Assembly (NCBI GenBank): GCA_963756495.1
Contig: CAVWNS010000003.1
Coordinates: forward strand, 209,393 to 273,392
DNA: 64,000 nucleotides
Direction of reading: 5' to 3'
Origin: an uncultured Pseudomonadota bacterium
Lineage (GTDB): Bacteria > Pseudomonadota > Alphaproteobacteria > Acetobacterales > Acetobacteraceae
Of this stretch, positions 27,675 to 38,676 are shown piece by piece; the stretch's first letter is position 1, and each line of letters starts with the position of its first letter. Under the pieces are notes generated by a model. The model did not search any database and was not told the origin of the DNA. It saw nothing but the letters and a program-made list of their open reading frames with translations. The translations under genes were made by a program, and so were the position numbers.

Positions 27675-28801
27675 GTGACGAGGATCGCGGTGCCGCGCGT
27701 GCCATCGCCCTTGCGCAGCTCGCTGTTTGGTGTCGGGCGCGTCATGCTTCTGGCGGCCTTGGTCGTCCTTGCATCGTGCAAGCCCGAGAAGGAAGCCGAC
27801 GCTCCCGAGGTCCGCCCGGTCCGAACGGTGACAGTCGCGCGCGAGGCGGCACAGGAGACCGTGGTGCTGACAGGCCATATTCAGGCGCAGGACGAGGTGG
27901 CCGTCGCGTTCCGCATCGGCGGACGGGTGATCGAGCGGCCGGTGAATGTCGGTGATCGTGTCCAGCAGGGGCAGGAGTTGGCCAAGCTCGACCCGCAGAA
28001 CGAGGTGGACGCGCTGCGCTCGGCGCAGGCCAGTCTCGCCGCCGCTCAGGCGCTCGTGACGCAGACCCGCGCCGCCTTCGCGCGGCAGCAATCGCTGCTC
28101 GCCGCTGGTCACACGCCTCGGGCGCAGTTCGATCTGGCGCAGAAAGCCTTCCTGAATGCGCAGGCGCAGGCCGATAGCGCGCGAGGCGCAGGTCAGGATC
28201 GCTGCCAATCGGGTCAGCTACACGATCCTCACTGCGGACTTCCCGGGCGTGGTGACTGCCCGCGGCGCGGAACCGGGCGAGGTGGTCCAGGCAGGACAGA
28301 TGATCGTGCGGATGGCTCGCGAAGGCGTGCGGGATGCGGTGTTCGACGTGCCCGCCTCAGTTGCTGCACTCCGCGCCGAGCAACTCCGTCATCACGGTCG
28401 CCCTGACCGACAATCCCGCGGTAACGACGACCGGCCAGGTGCGCGAGGTGGCGCCGCAGGCCGATCCCGTGACCAGGACATTCGAGGTCAAGGTGGGTCT
28501 CGCCGATCCGCCCGAGGCCATGCGGCTTGGCTCGACCGTCAATGGAACGCTGAAGCTGGATACCGCCCAGGTCAAGGCGCTCCCCGCCTCCGCCTTGACC
28601 GAACTCAACGGCAAGCCCGCGGTCTGGGTCGTCGATCCGTCGCACCTGACCGTGGCGCTGCGGACGATCGGCGTGGTGCGCTTCGACCCGGGATCGGTCG
28701 TGGTCTCCGACGGTCTGGAGCCTGGCGACATCGTGGTGACCGCAGGCGTACAGGCGCTGCATCCCGGCCAGAAGGTCCGGCTTCTCGGGTCGGCGCCTTA
28801 G
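27675..28801 (+). pseudogene. RND efflux periplasmic adaptor (MFP) lipoprotein, two frameshifts
   Basis: The lipobox VVLASC is followed by hairpin and beta-barrel segments (..GHIQAQDEVAVAFRIGGRV.., ..RVSYTILTADFPGVVTARG.., ..VTRTFEVKVGL.., ..VVTAGVQALHPGQKV). These lie in frames 0, 1 and 2, with shifts at about 28183 and about 28351-28357. Confidence 0.7.
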
Positions 28802-31800
28802 ATGTCGTTCAATCTTTCGAAATGGGCGCTCGAGCACCGGTCGTTCGTTATCTACCTCATGATCGCGGTTACCATCGCCGGGGCGCTCTCCTTTACCCGG
28901 CTCGGCCGCAGCGAGGATCCGTCTTTCGTCATCAAGACGATGGTTGTGCAGGCCGGCTGGCCCGGCGCCACGCTGGACGACACGCTGCAGCAAGTGACCG
29001 AACGCCTGGAGCGTACGCTGCAGGAGACGCCTAAGCTCGACTTCATTCGCAGCTTCACGAGCGCCGGGACGACAACGATCTTCGTCAATCTGAAGGGCGA
29101 GACCTCGGCGGCGGAGGTGCCGGACATCTGGTATCATGTCCGCAAGAGCATCGGCGACATGCGCCATACCCTTCCCCCGGGGTCGTCGGCCCCGGGTTCA
29201 ACGACGAGTTCGGCGATACCTACGGCATCATCTACGGCTTCACCGCGGACGGATTCACCCAACGCGAGCTGCGCGATTACGTCGAGGACGCCCGTTCACG
29301 GCTGCTCCAGGTGGCGGACGTGTCGAAGATCGAAGTGCTCGGCGCACAGGACGAGACGGTGTTCATCGAGTTCTCGATGCAGCAGCTCGCGAGCCTGGGG
29401 ATAGACCGTTCCGCCCTGATCTCTGCACTCCAGGCGCAGAACATGGTCAGCCCCGCCGGCGCGATCCAAACCGGCGACGAGATGCTCGCGCTGCGCGTCT
29501 CCGGATCGTTCACGTCCGAGCAGGACCTCCTCAACATCAACTTCGTGGCCGGTGGCCGGCTGATCCGCCTGCGCGATATCGCAACGATCCGGCGGGCCTA
29601 CGCCGACCCACCGACGCCGCTGTTCCGGGTGAACGGGAAGCCGGCCATCGGTCTCGCCATCGCAATGCGCGAGGGCGGCGACATTCTGACGCTCGGCCGG
29701 AACATCCAGCAGACGATGCACGCGATCACCGAGGATCTTCCGGTCGGCATCGAGCCGATCCTGGTGGCCGACCAGCCCACCACCGTCGATTACGCCATCA
29801 GCGACTTCACGAGTTCCCTCTGGCAGTCGATCCTCATCATAATGGCGGTGAGCTTCGTCAGTCTCGGCGTCCGCGCCGGCGCGGTGGTAGCGCTGTCGAT
29901 CCCGCTGACCCTGGCCTTTGTCTTCCCACTCATGCAGTTTGCGGGCATCGACCTGCAACGAATCTCACTCGGCGCGCTCATCATTGCGCTGACCCTGCTG
30001 GTCGATGACGCGATGACCACGATCGACGTGATGACCTCGCGGCTGGCGCAGGGGGACAGCAAGAAGGAAGCCGCTTCCGTTGCCTATCGGACGCTCGCGT
30101 TCCCGATGCTGACCGGCTCGTTCGTGACTGCGGCGGGCTTCGTGCCGATCGGCTTCGCCAAGAGCTCGGCGGGCGAGTACACCTTCTCGATCTTCGTCGT
30201 GGTCGGCATCGCGTTGATGGTGTCGTGGCTGGTGGCCGTGCTGTTCGCGCCGCTGCTCGGCGTCATGCTCCTCAAGAAGCCGACGAAACCGCCGCGACCT
30301 CCTGGCGCGCTGATGCGGGGGTTCCGCGCGATGCTAGTCGGGGCGATGCGCGCGCGCTGGATCACTGTTGGCGTGACAGTTGCCTGTTTTGTAGCGGCGT
30401 TGCTCGCAGTGCCCTTTGTGCAGCGGCAGTTCTTCCCGCCATCCGACCGTCCCGATCTTCTGGTCAATATCCGATTGCCACAAAATGCCTCGATCCATGC
30501 GAGCGAGACGGCGGCAATGCGATTTGACGATGTGCTGCGCCACGATCCGGATGTCGCACACTGGAGCACCTATGTTGGACGCGGGGCGATCCGCTTCTAT
30601 CTTCCGATGGACGTCGAACTACCGAACGCCTTTTTTTCGCAGGCGGTCATCATCGCGAAGGATGTCGAGGCGCGCCACCGGCTACAGAAAAGGCTGGAGA
30701 CGGAACTCGCGTCGCAGTTTCCGGGCGCAGTCAGCCGTGTGGCGCCACTCGGTCTCGGGCCGCCGGTGGGGTGGCCATTGCAGTACCGTGTGAGCGGACC
30801 GGACATCAGCAAAGTGCGCGACATCGCGATGCGGCTCGCCGGCACAATGGCAACCAATCCCGATGTCCGGCGCGTCAACTACGACTGGATGGAGCCGGCC
30901 CGGATGGTCCGCGTCAGGATCGATCAGGACCAGGCGCGTCTGCTCGGCCTCAGTTCGCAGGCGCTCGCCTCGGTGATGAATACCGTGGTCTCGGGCACGC
31001 CTGTCACGCAGTTGCGTGACGGCATCTATCTCATCCCCGTCGTTATACGCGCGACCGACGAGCAGAGGCTTTCGCTGGCAACGTTGCGCACACTGCAAGT
31101 CCCGCTGCCGAACGGGCGTACCGTGCCGCTCAGCCAGCTCGCCACATTCGAATTCGCGCAGGAATTCCCGCTGATCTGGCGACGAGACCGCGTGCCTACT
31201 CTGACCGTGCAGGCCGATGTCGCCTCGGGCGAGCTGCCCGAGGCCGTCAATGCGGCGCTCGCACCCGCGATCGCGACGCTGAATGCGAGCCTGCCGGCAT
31301 CCTACCGCATCGAGGTGGGAGGCACCGCCGAGGAGAGTGCGAAGTCGCAGGCCTCGGTGATCGCCGTCGTGCCGGTGATGCTGTTCCTTATGGTCACTTT
31401 CCTTATGATGCAGCTGCAGAGCTTCAGTCGCCTGTTCTTGGTGCTGAGTGTGGTCCCGATGGGACTGATCGGCGTCATCGCGGCGTTGCTTCTGTTCGAC
31501 AGCCCGCTCGGGTTCGTTGCGATCCTCGGCATCCTCGCGCTGGTGGGCATGATCGCCCGCAACGCCGTCATCCTGATAGAGCAGATCGAGATCGAACGGG
31601 CCGAGGGGAGACCGGTCTGGGATTCAGTTATCGAGGCGAGCCTGTCGCGCTTCCGCCCCATCATGCTGACGGCGATCTCGACCGTGCTCGGCATGATCCC
31701 GATCGCGATCACGATCTTCTGGGGGCCGATGGCGCTGGCGATCATGGGCGGTCTGCTAGTTGCGACAGTCCTCACGTTGATTTTTCTGCCGGCGCTGTAT

Positions 31801-31905
31801 GTGGCTTGGTTCCGGGTCAAGGAGACCCGCGGCTATTCAAGGGTATCGGGTATCTCGGACTCGAGTCCCCACTGCAACGCCATCCGAATGAAGTCCCCCT
31901 GCTAG
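28802..31905 (+). pseudogene. RND (AcrB/HAE1-type) efflux permease, one frameshift
   Basis: About 1030 aa, colinear once the G4 run at 29179-29182 is read as G5 (..TLPPG|VVGPGFNDEFGDTYGIIYG..). The TAG stop at 31903-31905 is formed at the IS630 junction. Confidence 0.75.
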
Positions 31906-33042
31906 TGCTCTGACCCGTTCGGGCAATTCACAACGGTGTGCGACCGTGCAATTCTGTCGGCATGGCACAGACGGTATGCGTGATCCTGAGTTCGTCGGAT
32001 AGAGAGACGCTTGAGGCGATCCTCGCCGACCGCAATCGGCCGCAAAAGCATGTCGAGCGCGCGCGGGTCGTGCTTGCGGCAGCGGAGCGCGGCCCGGTGC
32101 AGCCGGTGGCGACGCGCCTGGGGGTCAGTCGTCCGATGGTCTGGCGCTGGCAGCGACGCTTCGCCGAGGAGGGCGCGGACGGGCTGCTGCGAGACAAGAC
32201 GCGCAAGCCTGGCAAGCCGCCGATCTTGGCTGAGACGGTGGCGCGCGTCGTTGCGCTGACCTGCGCCGATCCGCCGCATGAGGCCACGCACTGGACCGGC
32301 CGGGCGATGGCTCGGGCCGTCGGCATCTCCCTGACATCGGTGCCGCGCATCTGGGCCGCGCACAAGCTCCAGCCGCACCGCATCCGCACGTTCAAGCGGT
32401 CGCGCGATCCCGACTTCGCCGCCAAGCTGACCGACATCGTCGGCCTCTATCTGGACCCGCCGACGCAAGCCGTCGTGCTGTCCATCGACGAAAAGAGCCA
32501 GATCCAGGCGCTCGATCGCACGCAGCCGGGCTTGCCGATCAAGCCGGGCCGATGCGGCACGATGACCCACGACTACAAGCGCCACGGCACGACCACGCTG
32601 TTCGCCGCACTCAACGTGCTCGACGGCTCCGTCATTGGCCGCTGCATGCAGCAGCACCGGCACGAGGAGTTCATCCGCTTCCTCAACGACGTCGAGCGCG
32701 CTGTTCCGGCCGGCAAGCTGATCGAGGCGGTGGTCGACAACGACGCCACTCATAAGCATCCGAAGGTGAAGGCGTGGCTCGAACGGCATCCCCGCTGGAC
32801 CTTCCACTTCACGCCCACGTCCGGATCGTGGTTGAACGCCGTCGAGAACTTCTTTTCCGTGCTGACGCGCAAGCGCATCCGTTGCGGCAGCTTCCATTCG
32901 ATCGTCGATCTGCAAGCCGCCATCAAACGCTACCTCGCCGAGCACAACGCCGAGCCGAAGCCGTTCGTCTGGACCGCCTCGGCCGCCTCAATCCTGGCCA
33001 AGCTCGACAGACTGCCTGCACGGTCCGTATAAGTCAGAGCAC
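31905..33042 (+). mobile_element. IS630-family insertion sequence (single-ORF type), inserted in CTAG with TA duplication
   Basis: The terminal inverted repeats are GTGCTCTGAC (31905-31914) and GTCAGAGCAC (33033-33042). TA flanks both ends (31903-31904 and 33043-33044), and CTAG is regenerated at both junctions. Confidence 0.85.
31962..33032 (+). CDS. IS630 family transposase
   Basis: 356 aa. An N-terminal HTH (..RPMVWRWQRRFAEEGADGLLRDK..) is followed by a DDE domain (..VLSIDEKSQIQAL.., ..VVDNDATHKH.., ..FTPTSGSWLNAVENFF). Confidence 0.9.
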   Translation: MAQTVCVILSSSDRETLEAILADRNRPQKHVERARVVLAAAERGPVQPVATRLGVSRPMVWRWQRRFAEEGADGLLRDKTRKPGKPPILAETVARVVALTCADPPHEATHWTGRAMARAVGISLTSVPRIWAAHKLQPHRIRTFKRSRDPDFAAKLTDIVGLYLDPPTQAVVLSIDEKSQIQALDRTQPGLPIKPGRCGTMTHDYKRHGTTTLFAALNVLDGSVIGRCMQQHRHEEFIRFLNDVERAVPAGKLIEAVVDNDATHKHPKVKAWLERHPRWTFHFTPTSGSWLNAVENFFSVLTRKRIRCGSFHSIVDLQAAIKRYLAEHNAEPKPFVWTASAASILAKLDRLPARSV

Positions 33043-33416
33043 TAGCTCACAATCCTCCAACCGTCTGGCGTCTTGCACCAATTCACGCTGTATGTCCGCG
33101 TGTGGCCCCGCGGCGGCGTGTTCCGGTAGCTCATCGCATGGCAGGTCCAGTCATTACGTCGATAGATATGCATGAGTTCGATCGTGCCATGCGCCTTGGT
33201 ATTCGGATTGCTCCAACTCACCGACTGGCCAGCTCGCGGACGGGGCCCCTCGTTCAGCTCGTTCGTACCGTTGATCAGGTATTGCCGATCCTGATCAGTG
33301 AGCTGCGGACTGAAGCGGCTGGACCAAAACGGGTTCACTTGCGCCCGTGCAGCTGAGAAGGGGCCGGCCGCGAGGACGACCAACATAATCGTGCCGACTG
33401 CCTTGGCCCGCTTCAT
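33042..33416 (-). CDS. Secreted surface-antigen-like (COG4520-type) small protein
   Basis: AGGAGGAGG precedes ATG 33416. A signal peptide is present, as are SVSWSNPNTKAHGTIE....WTCHAMSY....WCKTPDGWRI. The stop codon is shared with the IS junction. Lower GC. Confidence 0.55.
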   Translation of the reverse strand: MKRAKAVGTIMLVVLAAGPFSAARAQVNPFWSSRFSPQLTDQDRQYLINGTNELNEGPRPRAGQSVSWSNPNTKAHGTIELMHIYRRNDWTCHAMSYRNTPPRGHTRTYSVNWCKTPDGWRIVS

Positions 33417-33495
33417 TCGTTGCCTCCTCCTGAGCCTTGCCCTAGCACGTCCAGTAACTAAGCTCCAAATCCGACTACAGGCCTGCAACGCGCTG

Positions 33496-33882
33496 TCATG
33501 GCTCAGCAATGGAGATTGTCACGCGGCGGCTTTCTTGGGCGCTCTGGACGTGGTTGGTGGCGCCGTTCGCGGCTTGATGGATGTGGCTGGCCGGCACGCC
33601 ATCGGCCACAAGCTGGTCGGCTACCACCTGTGCCCGGGTGGCTGACAGCAACGCGTTCGCTTCCTTGCTGCCAGTGATATCGGCGTAGCCCGTCACCGTG
33701 AGTTCCCTGGCCCCATCCTGCTTGGCAAACTCGGCCATTTGCCCGATTGCGGCGTGGGCCGCATCATCAATCCGGGCCGACCATTCCGTGAAGAATACGA
33801 TGGCCGTCGGCGGCGCTGCGATCGAGCTGGCTGGAGCCGACGCCAAAGCGGTCGCGAGCACAAAGCTGAGAATTTTAGGCAT
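33496..33882 (-). CDS. OmpA-like (peptidoglycan-binding) domain protein
   Basis: A signal peptide is followed by VFFTEWSARIDDAA....TVTGYADITGSKEANALLSATRAQVVADQLVADGV....RRVTISI. Confidence 0.75.
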   Translation of the reverse strand: MPKILSFVLATALASAPASSIAAPPTAIVFFTEWSARIDDAAHAAIGQMAEFAKQDGARELTVTGYADITGSKEANALLSATRAQVVADQLVADGVPASHIHQAANGATNHVQSAQESRRVTISIAEP

Positions 33883-34247
33883 AGAATACTCCGGATGACT
33901 TGGTTGCGAACTCTCCGACGCGAGCGCAGGTGTCGCGATCCCGCCTCTTCCGCAGGACGCCTGCAGACCGCACCGTACTCAGCCCGACTTTCCGCTTTTT
34001 TGGCGGCGGGAGGGCTATACGGCCGCTATGATAGCCCAGAAGATGTCCTCTGAGGCGATGAACTTGAGGGGCTGACCGAGGCGCAAGATGGTGGGGCTGA
34101 ACGGGCCGGCCTTCTTCGGGATTGATCAGGGCGACCGCTGCCGCTATCGATAAGCAGTTGGTCGCGGTCACTGGGTGAGCGGCTCTTTGTACTTATACGT
34201 GCCTGATAGTATGCATCGGGCACATTGAGGAATGAAGGCTGCTGCCA

Positions 34248-35297
34248 ATGCCTGTGCCGCTATCCCCGACCGGGAACGGTCGGCCACCACAGTTGATCGA
34301 CCTGGCGCTGCAAGGCGGCGGGTCGCATGGCGCCTTCACCTGGGGCGTGCTTGACCGACTGCTGGAGGAAGTCTGGCTCCAGATCGAGGCCGTTTCCGGT
34401 ACCTCGGCCGGCGCCATGAACGCTGCCGTGATGGCCGATGGCCATGCCAAAAGCGGCAGCGAGGGAGCGCGGGCGGCGCTGGAAGCCTTCTGGCGCAGCG
34501 TTTCCAAGACCGCCTTGTTCAGCCCGTTGCAGCGCAGCCCGCTCGATGTCCTGCTCGGCCGCTGGACGCTCGACCACTCGCCTGCGTATCTTGCGCTCGA
34601 CCTTCTGGGGCGCGTGTTCTCGCCGTATGACCTCAGCTTCGGCGGACCGAACCCCCTGACGCAGGTGCTGTCCGACACGGTTGACTTCGCGCGCCTCTCT
34701 GCCGCACCGATCAAGCTCTTCGTCACGGCGACGAATGTCCGAACCGGACGGCTGCGCGTGTTCCGCAACGCGGAACTGTCGCCGGACGTGCTGCTCGCCT
34801 CGGCCTGCTTGCCGACCATGTTCCAGGCCGTGGAGATCGACGGTGAGGCCTATTGGGACGGCGGCTATTCCGGCAATCCCACCATGACGCCGCTGATGCA
34901 GGAATGCGTGTCGGACGACACAATTCTCGTCGGGATCAATCCGGTAGAGCGCCCAGGCATCCCGCGTTCGGCCCGCGACATTCTCAACCGCCTGAACGAG
35001 GTGTCGTTTAACGCGGTATTGCTGAAGGAGCTGCGGATGATAGCGCTTCTGCGGCAGGTCGCCGATGCCGGCAACGCCGAAGTTGCACACTGGGCGCATA
35101 TGCGCATCCACTTGATCCGGAGCGACATGCTGGTCGATCTCGGCGCCTCGTCGAAGCTCAACGCCGAATGGGCGTTCCTCTGCATGCTGCGCGACGAAGG
35201 ACGGCGCGCGGCTGAGGCCTTTCTGTCGGCGCATGGCACGGATCTCGGGCGGCGCTCCACGCTCGACATCGATCGCCTGCTGGTCGAGGGCTTCTGA
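34248..35297 (+). CDS. Patatin-like phospholipase/esterase
   Basis: Contains the oxyanion GGGSHGAF, the nucleophile GTSAGA and the catalytic Asp in YWDGGYSGNP. Confidence 0.9.
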   Translation: MPVPLSPTGNGRPPQLIDLALQGGGSHGAFTWGVLDRLLEEVWLQIEAVSGTSAGAMNAAVMADGHAKSGSEGARAALEAFWRSVSKTALFSPLQRSPLDVLLGRWTLDHSPAYLALDLLGRVFSPYDLSFGGPNPLTQVLSDTVDFARLSAAPIKLFVTATNVRTGRLRVFRNAELSPDVLLASACLPTMFQAVEIDGEAYWDGGYSGNPTMTPLMQECVSDDTILVGINPVERPGIPRSARDILNRLNEVSFNAVLLKELRMIALLRQVADAGNAEVAHWAHMRIHLIRSDMLVDLGASSKLNAEWAFLCMLRDEGRRAAEAFLSAHGTDLGRRSTLDIDRLLVEGF

Positions 35298-35301
35298 CGC
35301 G

Positions 35302-36756
35302 ATGGGGCTTGCCGGTGTCCTGCTCGGCCTGGCACTCCTGGTGTGGCTGGCCTTTCGCGGCTGGAGCGTGTTGCTGCTTGCGCCCATAGCGGCGCTGGTG
35401 GCGGCGGCCTTCGCCCGCGAACCGCTGCTGGCACACTGGACTCAGACCTTCATGGGCAGCGCAGCGCACTTCCTGGCGCAGTTCTTTCCGCTGTTCCTGC
35501 TGGGCGCATTGTTTGGCAAGCTGATGGAGGATAGCGGATCGGTCACCGCGATCGCGAACTGGATGACAGAGCGTCTCGGAACGCGCCGCGCCATCCTCGC
35601 CGTGGTGCTGGCCGGCGCCCTTGTCACGTATGGTGGCGTCAGCTTGTTCGTCGCCTTCTTCGTGCTGGCTCCGATGGCGGAGGCGCTGTTCCGCGCCGCA
35701 GCCATCCCGCGCCGGCTGATGCCGGCGGCGATTGCCCTTGGCACCTCCACCTTCACGATGTCGGCGCTCCCAGGCACGCCGGCGATCCAGAACGCGATTC
35801 CGATGCCATTCTTCGGCACCACGCCCTTCGCCGCGCCGGGGCTCGGCCTGATTGCCGCCGCCATCATGCTCGGCTTCGGGCTGTGGTGGCTGGGGCGGGC
35901 GCAGGTCGCGGCGCGCCGCCGGGGCGAAGATTTTGGCGGCCCCGCGCATGTTCCCGTGGACGCGGCCGCCCAGGACCTCATGGTGCGCGAACGGGCGACG
36001 GTGACGCGCGAGTTCGATCCGGCGGAAATTCATCGCGCGGCGCGCGCCGAGGTGGCGCCGCCCATCCTGCTGGCCGCGCTGCCCCTGGCCGTGGTGGTCG
36101 CCGTCAACCTGCTGATGTCCTTCGTCGTGCTGCCGGGCATGGATACTGCTTTCCTGGCGGAGCCGCGTTGGGGTGCGACCTCGCTCTCGGCCGTCGGCGG
36201 GGTGTGGTCGGTGGTCGTCGCCCTGGCCGCGGCGATCGTCACGCTGCTGCTCACCATGGGACGGCGCCTGCCCGCCCTGCGGGAGAGCATGGACGCTGGC
36301 GCCAACGCCGCCGTGCTGCCAGCCGTCAGCGTGGCGAGCCTGGTGGGCTTCGGCGCCGTCGTCGCGGCGCTGCCTGCCTTCGCCCTGGTGCGAGACTGGG
36401 TGCTCGGCATCGGCGGTGGGCCGTTGGTGTCGCTCGCCGTCGCGACGAACATCCTCTCCGCGTTGACGGGGTCGGCCTCGGGCGGGCTCACCATCGCGCT
36501 GGACGCGCTGGGTCCGACCTACATGCGTCTCGCCGCGCAGCAGGGCATCGATCCGGCGCTGCTGCACCGGGTTGCCGTCATCGGGGCGGGAACGCTGGAC
36601 AGCCTGCCCCACAACGGCGCGGTGGTGACCCTGCTCGCGGTCTGCGGTTCGACGCACGCCAAGAGCTATCTCGACATCGTCATGGTCGGGATCGTCGGGG
36701 CGCTCATCGCGCTCGTCGCCGTCATCGTGCTTGGCGGCCTGCTCGGATCGTTCTGA
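35302..36756 (+). CDS. GntP-family permease (D-beta-hydroxybutyrate permease type), intact paralogue
   Basis: 484 aa. It aligns along its full length with the broken copy at 15890-17338 (for example WTQTFMGSAAHFLAQFFPLFLLGALFGKLMEDSG). Confidence 0.85.
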   Translation: MGLAGVLLGLALLVWLAFRGWSVLLLAPIAALVAAAFAREPLLAHWTQTFMGSAAHFLAQFFPLFLLGALFGKLMEDSGSVTAIANWMTERLGTRRAILAVVLAGALVTYGGVSLFVAFFVLAPMAEALFRAAAIPRRLMPAAIALGTSTFTMSALPGTPAIQNAIPMPFFGTTPFAAPGLGLIAAAIMLGFGLWWLGRAQVAARRRGEDFGGPAHVPVDAAAQDLMVRERATVTREFDPAEIHRAARAEVAPPILLAALPLAVVVAVNLLMSFVVLPGMDTAFLAEPRWGATSLSAVGGVWSVVVALAAAIVTLLLTMGRRLPALRESMDAGANAAVLPAVSVASLVGFGAVVAALPAFALVRDWVLGIGGGPLVSLAVATNILSALTGSASGGLTIALDALGPTYMRLAAQQGIDPALLHRVAVIGAGTLDSLPHNGAVVTLLAVCGSTHAKSYLDIVMVGIVGALIALVAVIVLGGLLGSF

Positions 36757-36920
36757 GAAGGCATCAGAATGATCGGTGGAACGCCCGGAGACGAAGGGGC
36801 GGCGAGGCGTGGAAGCCGTCGGCTGACCTGGCAACGCAACGCCGAACCGGTATCCTTGGCTGACCCGCCGCTCCAGCGGTATGACCGGCTCTCACGGCGG
36901 CTCAACTGGAAGCATTATCC

Positions 36921-38069
36921 ATGCTGTCCTCGCAACGCGCACTGTTCGATATCCCCCGGGACGTCTGCTATTTGAACGCCGCGTCCTGGGGCCCATTGCC
37001 GTTGGTGGCACAGGAGGCCGCCCGCGCGGCCGTGGCGCGCAAGGCGCGTCCCTGGGAGCTTTCGCCGGACCTGGCGGCGGCGCAGCACGAACGCGCCCGG
37101 GCGGCGGCTTCACGGCTGATCAATGCCGATCCGGACGATGTCGCCTTGATCTCCTCGGTCAGCTATGGCGTCGCAACCGCCGCCAAGGTGCTGCCGGTGC
37201 CCGCCGGCGCGCGCGTGATCGTGCTGCAGGACGATCACTCCTCGCCGGTGCTGGAATGGATCAGCCGCGCGCCGACCCAGGGGTTCACCGTCGAAGCGGT
37301 GCCACAGCCGCCGGATGGCGACTGGACCTCGGCTGTCCTTGCGGCCATTGAACGGCGTGATGCGGCCCCCGTCGCCTTGGCCTCCCTGTCATCGGTGCAT
37401 TGGTCCGATGGCTGCGTCGTCGACCTCCAGGCGGTCGCAGCAGCGCTGCGCCGGCAAGGCGCGGCCCTGCTGGTGGACGCCACCCACCACGCGGGCGTGC
37501 TGCCGGTGGACGTGCGGGCGCTTGACCCGGATTTCCTGGTGTTTCCGACCTACAAATGGATGCTCGGCCCGTATGGCTGCGCGTTCCTGTATCTCGCCAA
37601 GCGATGGCAGAACGGCGTGCCGCTGGAGCAGACGAGTGCCGGCCGACAGGCCGTCAATTCCGCGCAGGCGCCCTATTTCCAAGATTTGGCCTATGTCGCC
37701 GATGCGCGGCGGTTCGATATGGGCGAGCGCGACCACTTCATTTCGCTCGAAATGGCCGCCATTGGCATGGACACGGTCGCGGCCTGGGGCGTCGCTGCCA
37801 TCCAGGAGCGGCTCCAGATGCTGACGAACCGGCTGGCGGAGCGGTTGCGCACCGCGAAGGTGCGGTTCCCTGACGAGCGCATGCGGGCGCCGCATATTCT
37901 CAGCCTGGGCTTCCCCGATGGCATGCCTTCCGGACTGGCGGAGCGGCTCGCCGCGCAGAAGGTGTTCGCGGCACCGCGCCTGGGACGGCTGCGCATCAGC
38001 CCGCACGTGTACAACGACGAGGAGGACGTGGACCGGTTCGCCGCGATCTTCCGACGCGAGATCGCCTGA
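36921..38069 (+). CDS. Aminotransferase class V-fold PLP-dependent enzyme
   Basis: 382 aa with YLNAASWGP at the N-terminus and a PLP-lysine context of FPTYKWMLGPYG. Confidence 0.8.
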   Translation: MLSSQRALFDIPRDVCYLNAASWGPLPLVAQEAARAAVARKARPWELSPDLAAAQHERARAAASRLINADPDDVALISSVSYGVATAAKVLPVPAGARVIVLQDDHSSPVLEWISRAPTQGFTVEAVPQPPDGDWTSAVLAAIERRDAAPVALASLSSVHWSDGCVVDLQAVAAALRRQGAALLVDATHHAGVLPVDVRALDPDFLVFPTYKWMLGPYGCAFLYLAKRWQNGVPLEQTSAGRQAVNSAQAPYFQDLAYVADARRFDMGERDHFISLEMAAIGMDTVAAWGVAAIQERLQMLTNRLAERLRTAKVRFPDERMRAPHILSLGFPDGMPSGLAERLAAQKVFAAPRLGRLRISPHVYNDEEDVDRFAAIFRREIA

Positions 38070-38134
38070 GAGGCGATACACGGCCCGAGAGAGCGGATCG
38101 AGATAGACCAGCACCGACGCGCCACTCCGCAGCG

Positions 38135-38578
38135 CTACGCCGCTTTGTGTCCGAGAAGCACCGTCGTTCTGTCGTCCATGCGGCTGTCCCAGAAGCGCCC
38201 GAGTGCCTGTCGAAACGGGCTCTCGCCATCCCCGGCCGCGAGCGCGAACAGCGTCATCGAGGAGCGGAACTTCGTGTCGTCGGGTGAGCCGAAAATGGCA
38301 TTGGGCGACCTATTTTCGACTGCCAACACCGCCTCGGTGCAAAGGATCAACCTCGGCCCGAGCAGTGCGTGAGCGATGTAAGCGCGACCCTCCTCGAGCG
38401 AACTGATGCCGTAGAAGGTGGCCATTGACGAAGATCCGAGGCCACGAAGCTGCGGAAAGATGAACCACATCCAATGACTGCGTTTCCGGCCGGCTTTCAG
38501 CTCGTCAAGCGCGATCTCGAAGATCGGCGCCTGCACCGTCACAAAGCGCTCGAGATCGAAAGGAGCGGAATCGGGCAT
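38135..38578 (-). CDS. DUF1810 domain protein
   Basis: Contains FDLERFVTVQAPIFEIALDELKAGRKRSHWMWFIFPQLRGLG, the DUF1810 signature. An IS end lies 2-4 nt upstream of its ATG. Confidence 0.85.
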   Translation of the reverse strand: MPDSAPFDLERFVTVQAPIFEIALDELKAGRKRSHWMWFIFPQLRGLGSSSMATFYGISSLEEGRAYIAHALLGPRLILCTEAVLAVENRSPNAIFGSPDDTKFRSSMTLFALAAGDGESPFRQALGRFWDSRMDDRTTVLLGHKAA

Positions 38579-38676
38579 GTTATACCAAGCCGCCTGGCCC
38601 CTGACTCTCTCGGGATTCCCAATCTGGCTCGGTTCTGATTCGATGGCCGCGTGGTCGAGTTGGAGCGAGGCATCGG

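Noticed and set aside
33883-34247. Possible gene remnant in the OmpA-patatin gap (minus-frame ..PKKAGPFSPTILRLGQPLKFIASEDIFWAIIAAV*)
   Set aside because: There is no start codon, no recognisable family and frame-dependent stops nearby. I cannot support a call.
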